This document shows, piece by piece, positions 37,055 to 47,648 of a DNA stretch of 50,618 nucleotides; within the stretch, counting starts at the first letter, position 1; each line of letters opens with the position of its first letter. The notes below the pieces were generated by a model that had not been told where the DNA came from, did no database searches, and saw nothing but the letters and a program-made list of their open reading frames with translations. Origin of the DNA: Candidatus Binatia bacterium (GTDB lineage: Bacteria > Desulfobacterota > Binatia > UBA9968); contig JBGPTS010000003.1 of assembly GCA_041490745.1 (NCBI GenBank), positions 1 to 50,618 on the forward strand. Direction: 5' to 3'. A program made the translations under genes and the position numbers.

Positions 37055-37933
37055 ATGGAACTGAAACGCTCCTGGATGTTCGTGCCGGGCCACAGGCAGA
37101 AGATGATCGACAAAGCGCTCGGTCTCAATGCCGACGCGATCATGCTCGACATCGAAGACGGCGTGGCGCCGAACGAGAAAGACGCGGCGCGAAGCCTCAT
37201 CGCCGAAGCGCTCGGCCGCGCGCGCGCGCCGAAGTCGCCCGCGCGTTTTGTCCGCGTCAACGCCATCGGCCACGCGCGCATGGACGCCGATCTCGAAGCC
37301 GTCATTCGCCCCGGCCTCGACGGCCTGGTTTTGCCGAAAGTCGATACGCCGGAAGAAGTGCGCAAAGTCGAATCGATCCTCGACGCGCGCGAGCCGGCGC
37401 TCAAGATAGAACGCGGCGGCGTCAAGTTGCTGATCGCGATCGAAAGCCCGCGCGGGCTTTTGAACGCGCCGGCGGTCGCGTCGGCCTCTCGGCGCGTCGT
37501 CGGCCTCATGTTCGGCGCCGAAGACTACGGTCGCGAGATGGGACTCCCGACCAGGCGCGAAGGCGAGGCGCAGGACATGCTCTACGCGCGCTCGGCGCTG
37601 GCGGTCGCGGCCGCCTCCGCTCACGTCCAGGCGATCGACGGTGTCTGGGTGGATTTGAAAGATACCGACGGGCTTAATCGTTTCGCCTGCCAGTCGCGCC
37701 GGCTGGGCTTTTCCGGCATGTCGCTGATTCATCCGTCGCAGATCGATCCGATCAACACGATCTTCAGTCCCACGCTGGAGGAAATCGATTACGCGACGCA
37801 AGTCGTGCAAGCTTTCGAAGAAGCCAACGCCCGCGGCGACGGGTCGATTTCATTCGGCGGCCAGTTGATCGACCGGCCGATCGTCGAGCGCGCGCGGCGG
37901 ACTTTGGAATTGGCCAAGATTCTGGGTATATAA
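37055..37933 (+). CDS. CitE-like CoA ester lyase (HpcH/HpaI family)
   Basis: RSWMFVPG, LDIEDGV, VRVN, LPKV, IESPRG, FGAEDY, IHPSQI, LIDRP. Confidence 0.92.
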   Translation: MELKRSWMFVPGHRQKMIDKALGLNADAIMLDIEDGVAPNEKDAARSLIAEALGRARAPKSPARFVRVNAIGHARMDADLEAVIRPGLDGLVLPKVDTPEEVRKVESILDAREPALKIERGGVKLLIAIESPRGLLNAPAVASASRRVVGLMFGAEDYGREMGLPTRREGEAQDMLYARSALAVAAASAHVQAIDGVWVDLKDTDGLNRFACQSRRLGFSGMSLIHPSQIDPINTIFSPTLEEIDYATQVVQAFEEANARGDGSISFGGQLIDRPIVERARRTLELAKILGI

Positions 37934-37956
37934 ATTTCAGCAAGGGAGGTCGGATC

Positions 37957-38886
37957 ATGAAGCGTTTCATCATTGTATGTTTTATGGCGGCGCTGGTTCT
38001 AGCGGCGCGCGCCTCTTCGGCCCAGGTCACGATGACGATGACCCCAATCGCCGACGGCGTCTATTTCATGCAGAACTCCGCCGGTTCGAGCAATTCTACA
38101 TTTGTCATTACCGACGACGGCGTGCTGGTCTTCGACGTCGATATCCGCACCGCCGACCAGACGCTGGCCGCGATCCGCAAGCTCACCGCCAAGAAAGTCA
38201 AATACATCATCGCGTCGCACTCCGCGGGCGATCACGCGACCGGGGCGTGGCATTTCCGCGACGACAAACCGGTTTACATCGCGACGAAAAACGCCGTGCA
38301 GGACCTCTTCATGCAAGAGGCGAAGGAATTCGAAGAGCGCGCCAACGATCCTAAAATCGTCGGCTACAAGGGAAGACAACTGGTCCGGCCCGATATCGGC
38401 TTCGATGGAACGATGTCGCTGCACTTCGGCGGCCTGACGTTCATCATCACCGCCGAGGGCAGAGGGCACAGCACCGGGGATCTGACCGTTTTTATTCCGC
38501 AGAAGCGTCTGATGCTCATGGGCGATCTACTCGACACCGAGATTCATCCCGGCCAGGGCGAGTCGGCCGGCGTGTGGTTTTCCAACGTCAACGGGTGGAT
38601 CGGAATTCTCGATAACGTCATGAATCGCAACCTGCCCGTGGAGACCTACGTTCCCGGCCACGGTCCGGTTCATCTCGGCAGGGGAATGCCCGACCTGGAA
38701 GAGCAAAAGCGCTACTTCGTCGTCATGCGCGACGAGGTCGCGAAGATGGTGGCGGCGGGGAAAACGCTGGCCGAGATCGAAAGGGAATTCATAATCCCGC
38801 AGGAGTTCGCGAATTACAAACGGCCGGAGCGGCTGAAACTGTTCTACAAGCTGTTTTACTATCAGCTGCAGGAGAAGGGATACTAA
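37957..38886 (+). CDS. Exported MBL-fold protein with atypical metal motif
   Basis: Signal peptide; SHSAGDH, GHSTGD, MGDL, VPGHG. Confidence 0.8.
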   Translation: MKRFIIVCFMAALVLAARASSAQVTMTMTPIADGVYFMQNSAGSSNSTFVITDDGVLVFDVDIRTADQTLAAIRKLTAKKVKYIIASHSAGDHATGAWHFRDDKPVYIATKNAVQDLFMQEAKEFEERANDPKIVGYKGRQLVRPDIGFDGTMSLHFGGLTFIITAEGRGHSTGDLTVFIPQKRLMLMGDLLDTEIHPGQGESAGVWFSNVNGWIGILDNVMNRNLPVETYVPGHGPVHLGRGMPDLEEQKRYFVVMRDEVAKMVAAGKTLAEIEREFIIPQEFANYKRPERLKLFYKLFYYQLQEKGY

Positions 38887-38909
38887 GCGGGCAGGCGGTT
38901 CGCTCTCAC

Positions 38910-39719
38910 GTGCAAACTTCAGCGAACATCCGCTATTTTACCGCTGCCAATCCGGGCACCATGACCTTGGAGGGCACGAACCAATATCTTCTCGGCAAAG
39001 AGGAGATCACCGTGATCGACGTCGCGCTGTCGGGACGCGATAACATCGACGGCATCATCGAGCAGGCCGAGACGATGGGCGGGAAAAAAATCGAAAAGAT
39101 TCTGCTCACGCACGTTCACAGCGACCACTCAGGCGGCGCGCTGGCGCTCAAAAAACGCTCGGGTGCGAAGCTCGGCATTTCGCGCCTGCGCTCGGGCTAC
39201 GTCGGCCGGGAGGACTTTACTTACGCCGACGGCGACGAGATTCCCTACGACGGCGGCACGCTCCGAGTCGTCCACACGCCGGGCCACGAGTCCGGCCACT
39301 GCTGCTTCTACGAGCCGGTACTCAAAGACCTGCTCACGGGCGATCATATCCTCGGCCGCGGGACCACCGTGATCCCGCCGCCGGACGGCGACATGGCCGA
39401 CTACATCCATTCGCTGGAAAAATTGCTCAGCTTGCAGATTCGCCGGCTGCTCCCCGGTCACGGCCCCGTGGTCGAAGATCCGTACGGCAAAATCAGAGAA
39501 TACATCGATCACCGGCTGATGCGCGAGAAAGAAATTCTCAAGTGCCTCGGTGCAGGTGAACGGACCATCGCCGCCATCGTTGCCCGCGTCTATACCGATA
39601 CTCCCGCCGCGCTCCATTCCGTGGCCGAGCTTTCGGTGGAGGCGCATCTGCTGAAGCTCATCAAAGAGCGGCGCGTGAGGCGCGAAGGCGGGCGATATAT
39701 TCTTGCGGAGCGACCGTGA
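38910..39719 (+). CDS. MBL-fold hydrolase (LACTB2-like)
   Basis: NPGTMTLEGTN, THVHSDH, TPGH, GDHILG, LPGHGP, C-terminal wHTH-like AHLLKL. Confidence 0.9.
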   Translation: MQTSANIRYFTAANPGTMTLEGTNQYLLGKEEITVIDVALSGRDNIDGIIEQAETMGGKKIEKILLTHVHSDHSGGALALKKRSGAKLGISRLRSGYVGREDFTYADGDEIPYDGGTLRVVHTPGHESGHCCFYEPVLKDLLTGDHILGRGTTVIPPPDGDMADYIHSLEKLLSLQIRRLLPGHGPVVEDPYGKIREYIDHRLMREKEILKCLGAGERTIAAIVARVYTDTPAALHSVAELSVEAHLLKLIKERRVRREGGRYILAERP

Positions 39720-39731
39720 TGGCCCGGGCCG

Positions 39732-40400
39732 TTACTTTTCCATAATCACGACGGAGAATCCCTTGCCCATGAGTCGGCGGGCCTCGGCCTCGGCGTCGCC
39801 CCGGCTCGAGAAAAGCCCGGCCTGCACCCGGTAGTAAGTAGTCTCGTCGCTGCGGAACGGGACGATGGCGACCTCGGAAGGCAGCGAAAAGTTTTTCGCC
39901 AGCAGATCTTTCAGTTTTACCGCCTTGTCCATTTCGATAAAGGAGCCGACCTGCAGAGTGTAATCCAGCCGGTCGCGGATCTTGTCGATCTTGGACGGAC
40001 CGTCGATCACTTCGAGGCGGACCGGGATGGTTCCCGGGCCGATCATGCCCAGCGTTTCGGCGGCGGCATAGGATAGATCGAGAATCCTTCCCTTGGCGAA
40101 CGGGCCGCGATCGTTGACGATCACCTCGGCCGATTTGCCGCTGTTCAAGTTCGTGACCATGACGCGCGTGCCCAGCGGCAAGGTTTGATGCGCGGCGGTG
40201 AGATCGCGCTGATCATATATTTTGCCGCTCGCAGTTAGTTTGCCGTCAAACCCCGGCCCATACCATGACGCCACGCCGGTTTGCGCGAGCCGGCCTTGCG
40301 GCGTTCGCTCGGGCGCGCTCGACTTTGTGACCGGCAAAGAGCACGCGGCGAGCAGCAAAAGCAGCAGGCAGCCGCGGGACAAAACGTCTCGCGCAATCAT
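39732..40400 (-). CDS. rlpA: Septal ring lytic transglycosylase RlpA lipoprotein with SPOR domain
   Basis: Lipobox LAAC; GVASWYG, TAAHQTLPLGT, VNDRGPF, LDLSYAAA; LQVGSF SPOR. Confidence 0.92.
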   Translation of the reverse strand: MIARDVLSRGCLLLLLLAACSLPVTKSSAPERTPQGRLAQTGVASWYGPGFDGKLTASGKIYDQRDLTAAHQTLPLGTRVMVTNLNSGKSAEVIVNDRGPFAKGRILDLSYAAAETLGMIGPGTIPVRLEVIDGPSKIDKIRDRLDYTLQVGSFIEMDKAVKLKDLLAKNFSLPSEVAIVPFRSDETTYYRVQAGLFSSRGDAEAEARRLMGKGFSVVIMEK

Positions 40401-40517
40401 CGCGGATGGATTATAACGGAATCGCTTCGGGGACGGAAGCCGTTCGGCCCGCGGACCGTTTACCGCGCCGGAGGATTGTGCTAGCTTAGCTCCATCACGG
40501 AAGAGGACCGGTAAAAT

Positions 40518-41264
40518 ATGTCAGGCCATTCGAAGTGGAGCTCGATCAAGCATAAAAAAGCCGCGAAGGACGCCAAGCGCGGCAAGCTCTTCACCAAGCT
40601 CATCAAAGAAATCTCCGTCGCGGCAAGAATGGGCGGCGGCGACATCAACGCCAACCCGCGGCTGCGCACGGCGGTGCTGACGGCGAAAGCCGGCAGCATG
40701 CCTAACGACAACATCGACCGCGCGATCAAAAAAGGCACCGGCGAACTCGAAGGCACCACCTACGAAGAAGTTCAGTACGAGGGCTATGGCCCCGGCGGCA
40801 CGGCGATCCTGGTTCAAGTGCTCACCGACAACAAAAATCGCACGGTGCAGGAGATCCGGCATCTCTTCACGCGCTACGGCGGCAACCTGGGCGAGAACGG
40901 CTGCGTCGCCTGGATGTTCGACAAAAAAGGTCTCATCACCGTCGATAAGTCGCAGATCGACGAAGACCGTTTGTTCAGCGTCGCGCTCGAAGCGGGCGCG
41001 GAGGACGTGCGCGAGGAAGACGGCGCGTATGAAATCATCACGCCGCCGGAAGTCTTCGAGAAAGTGCGCGCGGCGCTCGAGCGCGAGAAGGTGACGCCCG
41101 CCACCGCGCAGGTGACGATGCTGCCGAAGAGCACGGTCACGGTCGATGAAAAACACGCCGAGCATATCTTGAAGCTCACCGAAGAGCTCGAAGACCACGA
41201 CGACGTGCAGACCGTCGCGGCCAACTTCAACATACCAACCGAGATTTTAGAGAAGGCCAGTTGA
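40518..41264 (+). CDS. yebC: YebC/PmpR family protein
   Basis: [37 protein letters not shown]. Confidence 0.96.
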   Translation: MSGHSKWSSIKHKKAAKDAKRGKLFTKLIKEISVAARMGGGDINANPRLRTAVLTAKAGSMPNDNIDRAIKKGTGELEGTTYEEVQYEGYGPGGTAILVQVLTDNKNRTVQEIRHLFTRYGGNLGENGCVAWMFDKKGLITVDKSQIDEDRLFSVALEAGAEDVREEDGAYEIITPPEVFEKVRAALEREKVTPATAQVTMLPKSTVTVDEKHAEHILKLTEELEDHDDVQTVAANFNIPTEILEKAS

Positions 41265-41815
41265 TGACGATCCGGCCGGATCAACGTCCCGCCGCGGCGC
41301 GCGAGCGAATCCTGGGCATCGATCCGGGCACGGTCGCCACCGGCTGGGGCGTGGTCGAGATGGCCGGCGGCGCGCTCGTGCACGTCGATCACGGCACCAT
41401 CGGATCGCCGGCGAACCTGGGACAGGGAGCTCGGCTCAAGCGGATTTATCACGGCCTCGGGGAAATCCTCGCGCGCTACCAGCCGGAGGGCGTGAGCCTT
41501 GAGAAGGTTTTTTTCGCCGAGAACGCCACGAGCGCGCTCAAGCTCGGCCAGGCGCGCGGCGTGGCGCTGCTCGCCGCCGCCGAGGCCGGCGTCGCGCTGC
41601 AAGAGTACGCTTCGACCGAGATCAAGCTCGCCGTCGTCGGTTACGGACGGGCGAGCAAGGAGCAGATACAGAAAATGGTCTCTCAGTTGCTCCATCTGCC
41701 CGAGCCGATTCCCGCAGACGCGGCCGACGCGCTCGCCGCGGCAATTTGCTATCTCCACCAGCGCACGTTTAACGTTCGGCTCAAGGGAGCGGCCGCGCAA
41801 GCCGCGGCCAAGTAA
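41264..41815 (+). CDS. ruvC: Holliday junction resolvase RuvC
   Basis: ILGIDPG, LEKVF, LGQARG, DAADALAAA. Confidence 0.95.
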   Translation: MTIRPDQRPAAARERILGIDPGTVATGWGVVEMAGGALVHVDHGTIGSPANLGQGARLKRIYHGLGEILARYQPEGVSLEKVFFAENATSALKLGQARGVALLAAAEAGVALQEYASTEIKLAVVGYGRASKEQIQKMVSQLLHLPEPIPADAADALAAAICYLHQRTFNVRLKGAAAQAAAK

Positions 41816-41826
41816 GACGCGAACGG

Positions 41827-42411
41827 ATGATCGGCAGGATCAGCGGCAATCTCGCGCACAAGGCCCCCGGCGAAATCACGGTCGATGTCGGCGGCGTCGG
41901 CTATCAGATTTTTATTCCGCTCAGCGTCTTTTATCGCCTGCCGGAGCCGGGAGAAAAAGTCTGCCTCTACATCCACACGCATCTGAGAGAGGACGCGCTG
42001 CAACTTTTCGGTTTTCTGGAGCCGGAGGAAAAGCAGGTTTTTCTCCTGCTGAACAGCGTCGCGGGCATCGGCCCCAAGCTCGCCGTCACGATTCTTTCCG
42101 GCATTCCGGCCGATGATCTGGCGCGCGCGCTCAAAGAAGGCGACCAGGCCCGGCTCATCTCGATCCCCGGGGTCGGCAAGAAGCTCGCCGAACGAATGGT
42201 CGTCGAGCTGCGCGACAAGGCGGTGGCGATGCCGGTGCCGACGGCTGGCGCGGCGAACGGCTCCGAGACCGCGCGCGACGCGGTCTCCGCGCTCGTCAAT
42301 CTCGGCTATCGCCGGCCCGACGCGGAGAAAATCGTGCGCGAGATCGCGCAAAAACCGGAAAGCACGCTGGCCGACGTGTTGAAGGAAGCGCTCCGCAGAT
42401 TGAGTCAATAA
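41827..42411 (+). CDS. ruvA: Holliday junction branch migration protein RuvA
   Basis: [42 protein letters not shown]. Confidence 0.95.
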   Translation: MIGRISGNLAHKAPGEITVDVGGVGYQIFIPLSVFYRLPEPGEKVCLYIHTHLREDALQLFGFLEPEEKQVFLLLNSVAGIGPKLAVTILSGIPADDLARALKEGDQARLISIPGVGKKLAERMVVELRDKAVAMPVPTAGAANGSETARDAVSALVNLGYRRPDAEKIVREIAQKPESTLADVLKEALRRLSQ

Positions 42412-42412
42412 A

Positions 42413-42472
42413 AATGTTGAATGTTTAGTTTTGAATTTCCTTCCCCAATGCAAAATTCATAATTCAACATTC
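42413..42472. repeat. Inverted AT-rich heptamer arrays between ruvA and ruvB
   Basis: aatgttgaatgtttagttttgaattt ... aaaattcataattcaacattc. Confidence 0.65.
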
Positions 42473-42481
42473 GTTTTGATT

Positions 42482-43519
<1,038 letters not shown>

Positions 43520-43559
43520 AGTAAGGTTCAAGGGGTCAAGGGTTTTGGGGAAAAACATA

Positions 43560-43657
43560 CAATGCAAAATGCAAATTTCAAAATGCAAAGTGCAAAACCA
43601 AATAAGGACGGGCTCTTAACTTTTACAATTTGCAATTTTCATTTTGCATTTTGCAAT
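43560..43657. repeat. Inverted AATGCAA / TTGCATT heptamer arrays
   Basis: aatgcaaaatgcaaatttcaaaatgcaaagtgcaaa ... tttacaatttgcaattttcattttgcattttgcaat. Confidence 0.8.
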
Positions 43658-43678
43658 GCGGCGGAGGAGAGGGGGTAG

Positions 43679-43891
43679 ATGGGACCTCTTGGCAAGACCC
43701 TGATCGTTTTCGGGCTTGTGCTCGTGGCCGTGGGTGTTGTCCTTTCCTTCGCGCCGAAGATTCCCTGGCTCGGCCGGCTTCCGGGCGACATCTATATTCA
43801 AAAAGGCAATTTTACCTTCTACTTTCCGCTCGTCACCTGCCTGCTGCTGAGCCTCATCATTACCCTTGTCCTTTACCTCTTTCGACGGTAA
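43679..43891 (+). CDS. DUF2905 small membrane protein
   Basis: WLGRLPGDI...NFTFYFPLVTCLLLS. Confidence 0.9.
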   Translation: MGPLGKTLIVFGLVLVAVGVVLSFAPKIPWLGRLPGDIYIQKGNFTFYFPLVTCLLLSLIITLVLYLFRR

Positions 43892-43898
43892 AATCCAC

Positions 43899-44048
43899 CA
43901 GACCGTTGAAAAAGGCCATCTACTTCGTTCCGTTCGAACTCCTCGCTCGACGTACTGAAACGAGTACGCCTGCGCTCAGCCTGTCCTGAGCGAAGTCGAA
44001 GGATCGGTTTCTCGCGCGCCTCGTAGCTGGACCTTTTTGACCGGTCTG
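43899..44048. mobile_element. ~130-bp MITE-like repeat, copy 3, carrying a 25-nt insertion (43978-44003)
   Basis: TIRs cagaccgttgaaaaagg / cctttttgaccggtctg; aligns to 12177-12309 apart from the insert. Confidence 0.78.
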
Positions 44049-44095
44049 CCGAGTTTTTTACAGGTAGGGATATTTACGGGCGACTCCTCACAGAC

Positions 44096-46321
44096 ATGTC
44101 GATGGACACGCGCGAAATAGAGAACGGCCTCAGGCTGGAAGAAGCCAAGCGGCGCAAGCGCGAAGGGCTGGTGATCCTCGTCACCTTCCTGATGGTGGTG
44201 CTCTTCGCCATTTTCGAGGTCCAGCTCCCCGAATTTTCTCCCGATAACGCGCTCGCCAGTAACATCGGTTTCTTTCTCCTCGTCAATATCATCATCGTTC
44301 TGCTCATCCTGCTGATCTTCCTGGTGGTCAGGAACCTGGTCAAGCTCATTTTCGAGCGGAAGAAGCGCATCCTTGGCTCGCGGCTCCGCCTCCGGCTGGT
44401 GCTGGCGTTCGTCGCGCTGTCGCTGGTGCCGACGCTCTTGCTGTTCTTCGTCGCCGGCGGTTTTGTAACGCGCTCTTTCGACCGCTGGTTCGACGTGCAG
44501 ATCGAGAACGCGCTGCAAGGCTCGCTCGAAATCGGCCAGGCGTATTATCAGAACTCCGCCAACAACGCGTTGTTTTACGCGCGGCAGTTGAGCCAGCGAG
44601 TGACGCAGGAAGCGCTGTTCGAATCCAAGCGCACGGCGGACTTAAAGGCATTCATTCAGGCCAAACAGCGCGAGTACAACCTCGGTACGGTGGAAGTCTT
44701 CGCCCCCGACCGCCGGCTCCTGGTCGTCGCGTTCAACGATCAGGTGCCGACCGGCGTGACGATCAAGCCGGAATCCGATTTTCTCAATCGCGCGCTGCGC
44801 GGAGTGGAAGTCACCCGCACGCAGGCGTTCGGCGAGGGCGACATCATCCGCGGCGGCGTGCCGGTCTATAGCGCCGACCGAAAAATTTTGGGCGCGGTCG
44901 TGGTCGATTACTACGTGCCCAAGAGCATCACCAACCGGGCGCTGCAAATCTCGCGCTCTTACGAGCAGTACAAGCATCTGACCGCGCTCAAGCGGCCGGT
45001 GAAGAACAGCTATCTTCTGACGCTGCTTCTCGTCACTCTCGTCATCATTTTCTCGGCGACGTGGTTCGGTCTTTACCTTGCCAAGGGCATCACGGTTCCG
45101 ATCCAGCGGCTGGCGGAGGGAACGCACGAGGTGGCGCACGGAAACTGGGATTATCAGATCGAGGCGGCGGGCGACGACGAGATCGGCACGCTGGTCGATT
45201 CGTTCAACCAGATGACGCGCGACTTAAAGCAGATCAACCTGGAGCTCGCCCGCCGCGGGCGCTACATGGAGACGCTCCTCGGCAACATCACCGCGGGCGT
45301 CATCTCGGTCGATCCGGCGGGCAAGATCACCACCATGAACGCCGCCGCCGAGGAGATGCTCGGTGTCAAGGCGGACCAGGCGCTCGGAAAAAGCACCGCG
45401 GCGGTTTTTCACCTGGAGCACCTCCGCGCGATGCAAGAAATCTTGGAGCAGGTGAGAGACGGCGGGACGATCGAGCGCGAAATCAAAATACCGCTTCCCG
45501 ACCAGATCCTCACGGCCGTGGCGACCGCGGCCACGTTGCGCGGCGACGACGGCAACGACCTCGGCGTCATGGTCTTTTTGGAAGACATCACGCAAATTCA
45601 GAAAGTGCAACGGATGGAGGCCTGGCGCGAGGTGGCGCGGCGGATCGCCCACGAGATCAAAAATCCCTTGACGCCGATCCAGCTCTCGGCCGAGCGGCTG
45701 AGGAAACGCTACGCCAAGCTCTTGGACGGCGACGGCGCGATTTTCGACAAGTGCACCTCGACGATCATCCAGCAGGTGGAGGATCTTAAAAATCTCGTCA
45801 ACGAGTTCTCGCAGTTCGCGCGGCTGCCGGCGGCGGAGCTGACGGCCAACGATCTCAACGAGATCGTCAAGGAGGCGCTGTTCCTGTTCAAAGAAGGCCA
45901 CAAGGGCATCAACTTTCAGTTTCATAAAGGCGAAATTCCGTCGCTCGACCTCGACCGCGACCAGATCAAGCGCGTCCTGATTAATCTTTTGGACAACGCG
46001 GTGGCGGCGGTGGAGGAAAAAGGCGAAATCCAAATCGCGACTTCCTATGCGCCCGCGTCGGGAGTCGCGTTGCTCGAAGTAGCGGACAACGGCTGCGGCC
46101 TGGCGCCGGAGATTCGCGAGCGCATCTTCGAGCCGTATTTTTCCACCAAGAAGGAGGGCACGGGGTTGGGATTGCACATCGTCAACGCCATCGTGGCGGA
46201 CCATCGGGGCAATATCCGCGTGCGCTCGAACGAGCCCAAAGGAACGCGCTTTATTATCGAGTTGCCGGCGCGCGACCCGGCGACGCCGAGGATCGCGCAG
46301 AAAAGAGCGGCGTCGTCTTGA
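44096..46321 (+). CDS. NtrY-like sensor histidine kinase (TM, periplasmic, HAMP, PAS, HisKA, HATPase)
   Basis: Three N-terminal TMs, HAMP DEIGTLVDSFNQM, PAS, H-box AWREVARRIAHEIKNPLTPIQLSAERL, N box NLLDNA, DNGCG, FEPYFSTK..GTGLGL. Confidence 0.93.
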   Translation: MSMDTREIENGLRLEEAKRRKREGLVILVTFLMVVLFAIFEVQLPEFSPDNALASNIGFFLLVNIIIVLLILLIFLVVRNLVKLIFERKKRILGSRLRLRLVLAFVALSLVPTLLLFFVAGGFVTRSFDRWFDVQIENALQGSLEIGQAYYQNSANNALFYARQLSQRVTQEALFESKRTADLKAFIQAKQREYNLGTVEVFAPDRRLLVVAFNDQVPTGVTIKPESDFLNRALRGVEVTRTQAFGEGDIIRGGVPVYSADRKILGAVVVDYYVPKSITNRALQISRSYEQYKHLTALKRPVKNSYLLTLLLVTLVIIFSATWFGLYLAKGITVPIQRLAEGTHEVAHGNWDYQIEAAGDDEIGTLVDSFNQMTRDLKQINLELARRGRYMETLLGNITAGVISVDPAGKITTMNAAAEEMLGVKADQALGKSTAAVFHLEHLRAMQEILEQVRDGGTIEREIKIPLPDQILTAVATAATLRGDDGNDLGVMVFLEDITQIQKVQRMEAWREVARRIAHEIKNPLTPIQLSAERLRKRYAKLLDGDGAIFDKCTSTIIQQVEDLKNLVNEFSQFARLPAAELTANDLNEIVKEALFLFKEGHKGINFQFHKGEIPSLDLDRDQIKRVLINLLDNAVAAVEEKGEIQIATSYAPASGVALLEVADNGCGLAPEIRERIFEPYFSTKKEGTGLGLHIVNAIVADHRGNIRVRSNEPKGTRFIIELPARDPATPRIAQKRAASS

Positions 46322-46350
46322 AGCCGGCCGCAGCAGCGTCGGGAGGATTG

Positions 46351-47646
46351 GTGAAAGGAAAGAACGCAGAGAAAAAAATCCTCGTCGTCGATGACGAGGA
46401 CCGCGTGCGGGAATCGATCCGTGAGATTTTACGTGACGAAGGCTACCGCGTGATCGAAGCGGCGGACGGAACCCAAGTGCTCGATCTCATCCGCAACGAG
46501 CGGCCCGATCTCGTGCTGCTCGACATCTGGATGCCGGAAGTGGACGGCATCGAGCTGCTCAAAGAAATCAAAAAAGCGGCGCCGCAGGTGAACGTCATCA
46601 TGATCTCCGGCCACGGCAACATTCACACGGCGGTGACGGCGACCAAGCTCGGCGCCTTCGATTTCATGGAAAAGCCGCTCTCGCTGGAAGGGCTTCTGCT
46701 TACCGTGCGTCGCGCGCTCGACGAATCGGGCGGCGTCGAAGACAAGGTGAAAACGCCGGCTGAAACGAAATTGAAACGCAGCGCGCGCCAGGCGGCGACC
46801 GGAGCGCGCCATGCTCGCGGCCTCAAGCAACGGACGCTCAAAAAAAGCGTCGTCTTCTCGGGCCACGGGCTCCATTCGGGCATCAAGACCGGCGTCGTGC
46901 TCCATCCGCTGCCGCCCAACAGCGGCGTGCGCTTCAGCGGCATCTCCGCCGACGCCACGGTGCCGGCTCATCTCGACTATGTCGGCTCGACCGGTTACGC
47001 GACTTCGCTCCGCGGCAAGGGAATCGTGGTCGGCACGGTCGAGCACTTTCTCGCCGTCCTGCATAGCTACGGCATCGGCAACCTGCTGGTCAAAATTCAG
47101 GGCGAGATCCCGATCATGGACGGCTCGGCGCTCGAATTCTGCCGGCTGATCGAAGAGGCGGGGATCGAGGAGCAGAACGCAGCGTGGTCGGAAATCAAAA
47201 TCGACCGGACCTACCGCGTGGGAGAGAAAAACGGCGAGGCGATCAGCGTCGAGCCGGCCGACGCCTTCAGCGTCAAATACGTCCTCAATTATCCCGAGCC
47301 GGTGGGCGTTCAGGAGCATACCTTCGTGTCGTCGGGTCCGGAATCGTTCAAAGCAGAGATCGCGCCGGCGCGGACGTTCGGCTTTATCAAAGACTACGAG
47401 CAGCTCGAAAAGGCCGGGCTAGTGAACGGCGGGCGGCTCAGCAACTGCATCTTGATCGACAACGAAAAGGTCATCAACACGGAGCTGCGCTTCCCCGACG
47501 AATTTGCGCGCCACAAAATTCTCGACATCATCGGCGATTTTTATCTGCTCGGCCGTCCGATCCGCGGCAAAGTGACGGCGCGCATGACCGGGCACGCGGA
47601 CAACATCGCGCTGTTGCGGGAAGTCCGCAAAGGCATGGCGCTGTAA
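46351..47646 (+). CDS. lpxC: Fusion: NtrX-type receiver domain + UDP-3-O-acyl-N-acetylglucosamine deacetylase (LpxC)
   Basis: REC: ILVVDDE, LLDIWMP, ISGHGNI, EKP. LpxC: KQRTL..GHGLHSG, TVEHFLA, EIPIMDGSA, APARTFGF, HKILDIIGD, GHADN. Single open frame; GTG after GGAGG. Confidence 0.93.
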   Translation: MKGKNAEKKILVVDDEDRVRESIREILRDEGYRVIEAADGTQVLDLIRNERPDLVLLDIWMPEVDGIELLKEIKKAAPQVNVIMISGHGNIHTAVTATKLGAFDFMEKPLSLEGLLLTVRRALDESGGVEDKVKTPAETKLKRSARQAATGARHARGLKQRTLKKSVVFSGHGLHSGIKTGVVLHPLPPNSGVRFSGISADATVPAHLDYVGSTGYATSLRGKGIVVGTVEHFLAVLHSYGIGNLLVKIQGEIPIMDGSALEFCRLIEEAGIEEQNAAWSEIKIDRTYRVGEKNGEAISVEPADAFSVKYVLNYPEPVGVQEHTFVSSGPESFKAEIAPARTFGFIKDYEQLEKAGLVNGGRLSNCILIDNEKVINTELRFPDEFARHKILDIIGDFYLLGRPIRGKVTARMTGHADNIALLREVRKGMAL

Positions 47647-47648
47647 AC

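Noticed and set aside
46318-46830. REC-LpxC as a frameshift or read-through artefact of separate ntrX and lpxC genes
   Set aside because: One clean frame with a plausible linker, no AAA+ remnant and no obvious internal RBS/ATG directly before KQRTL; read-level confirmation is still needed
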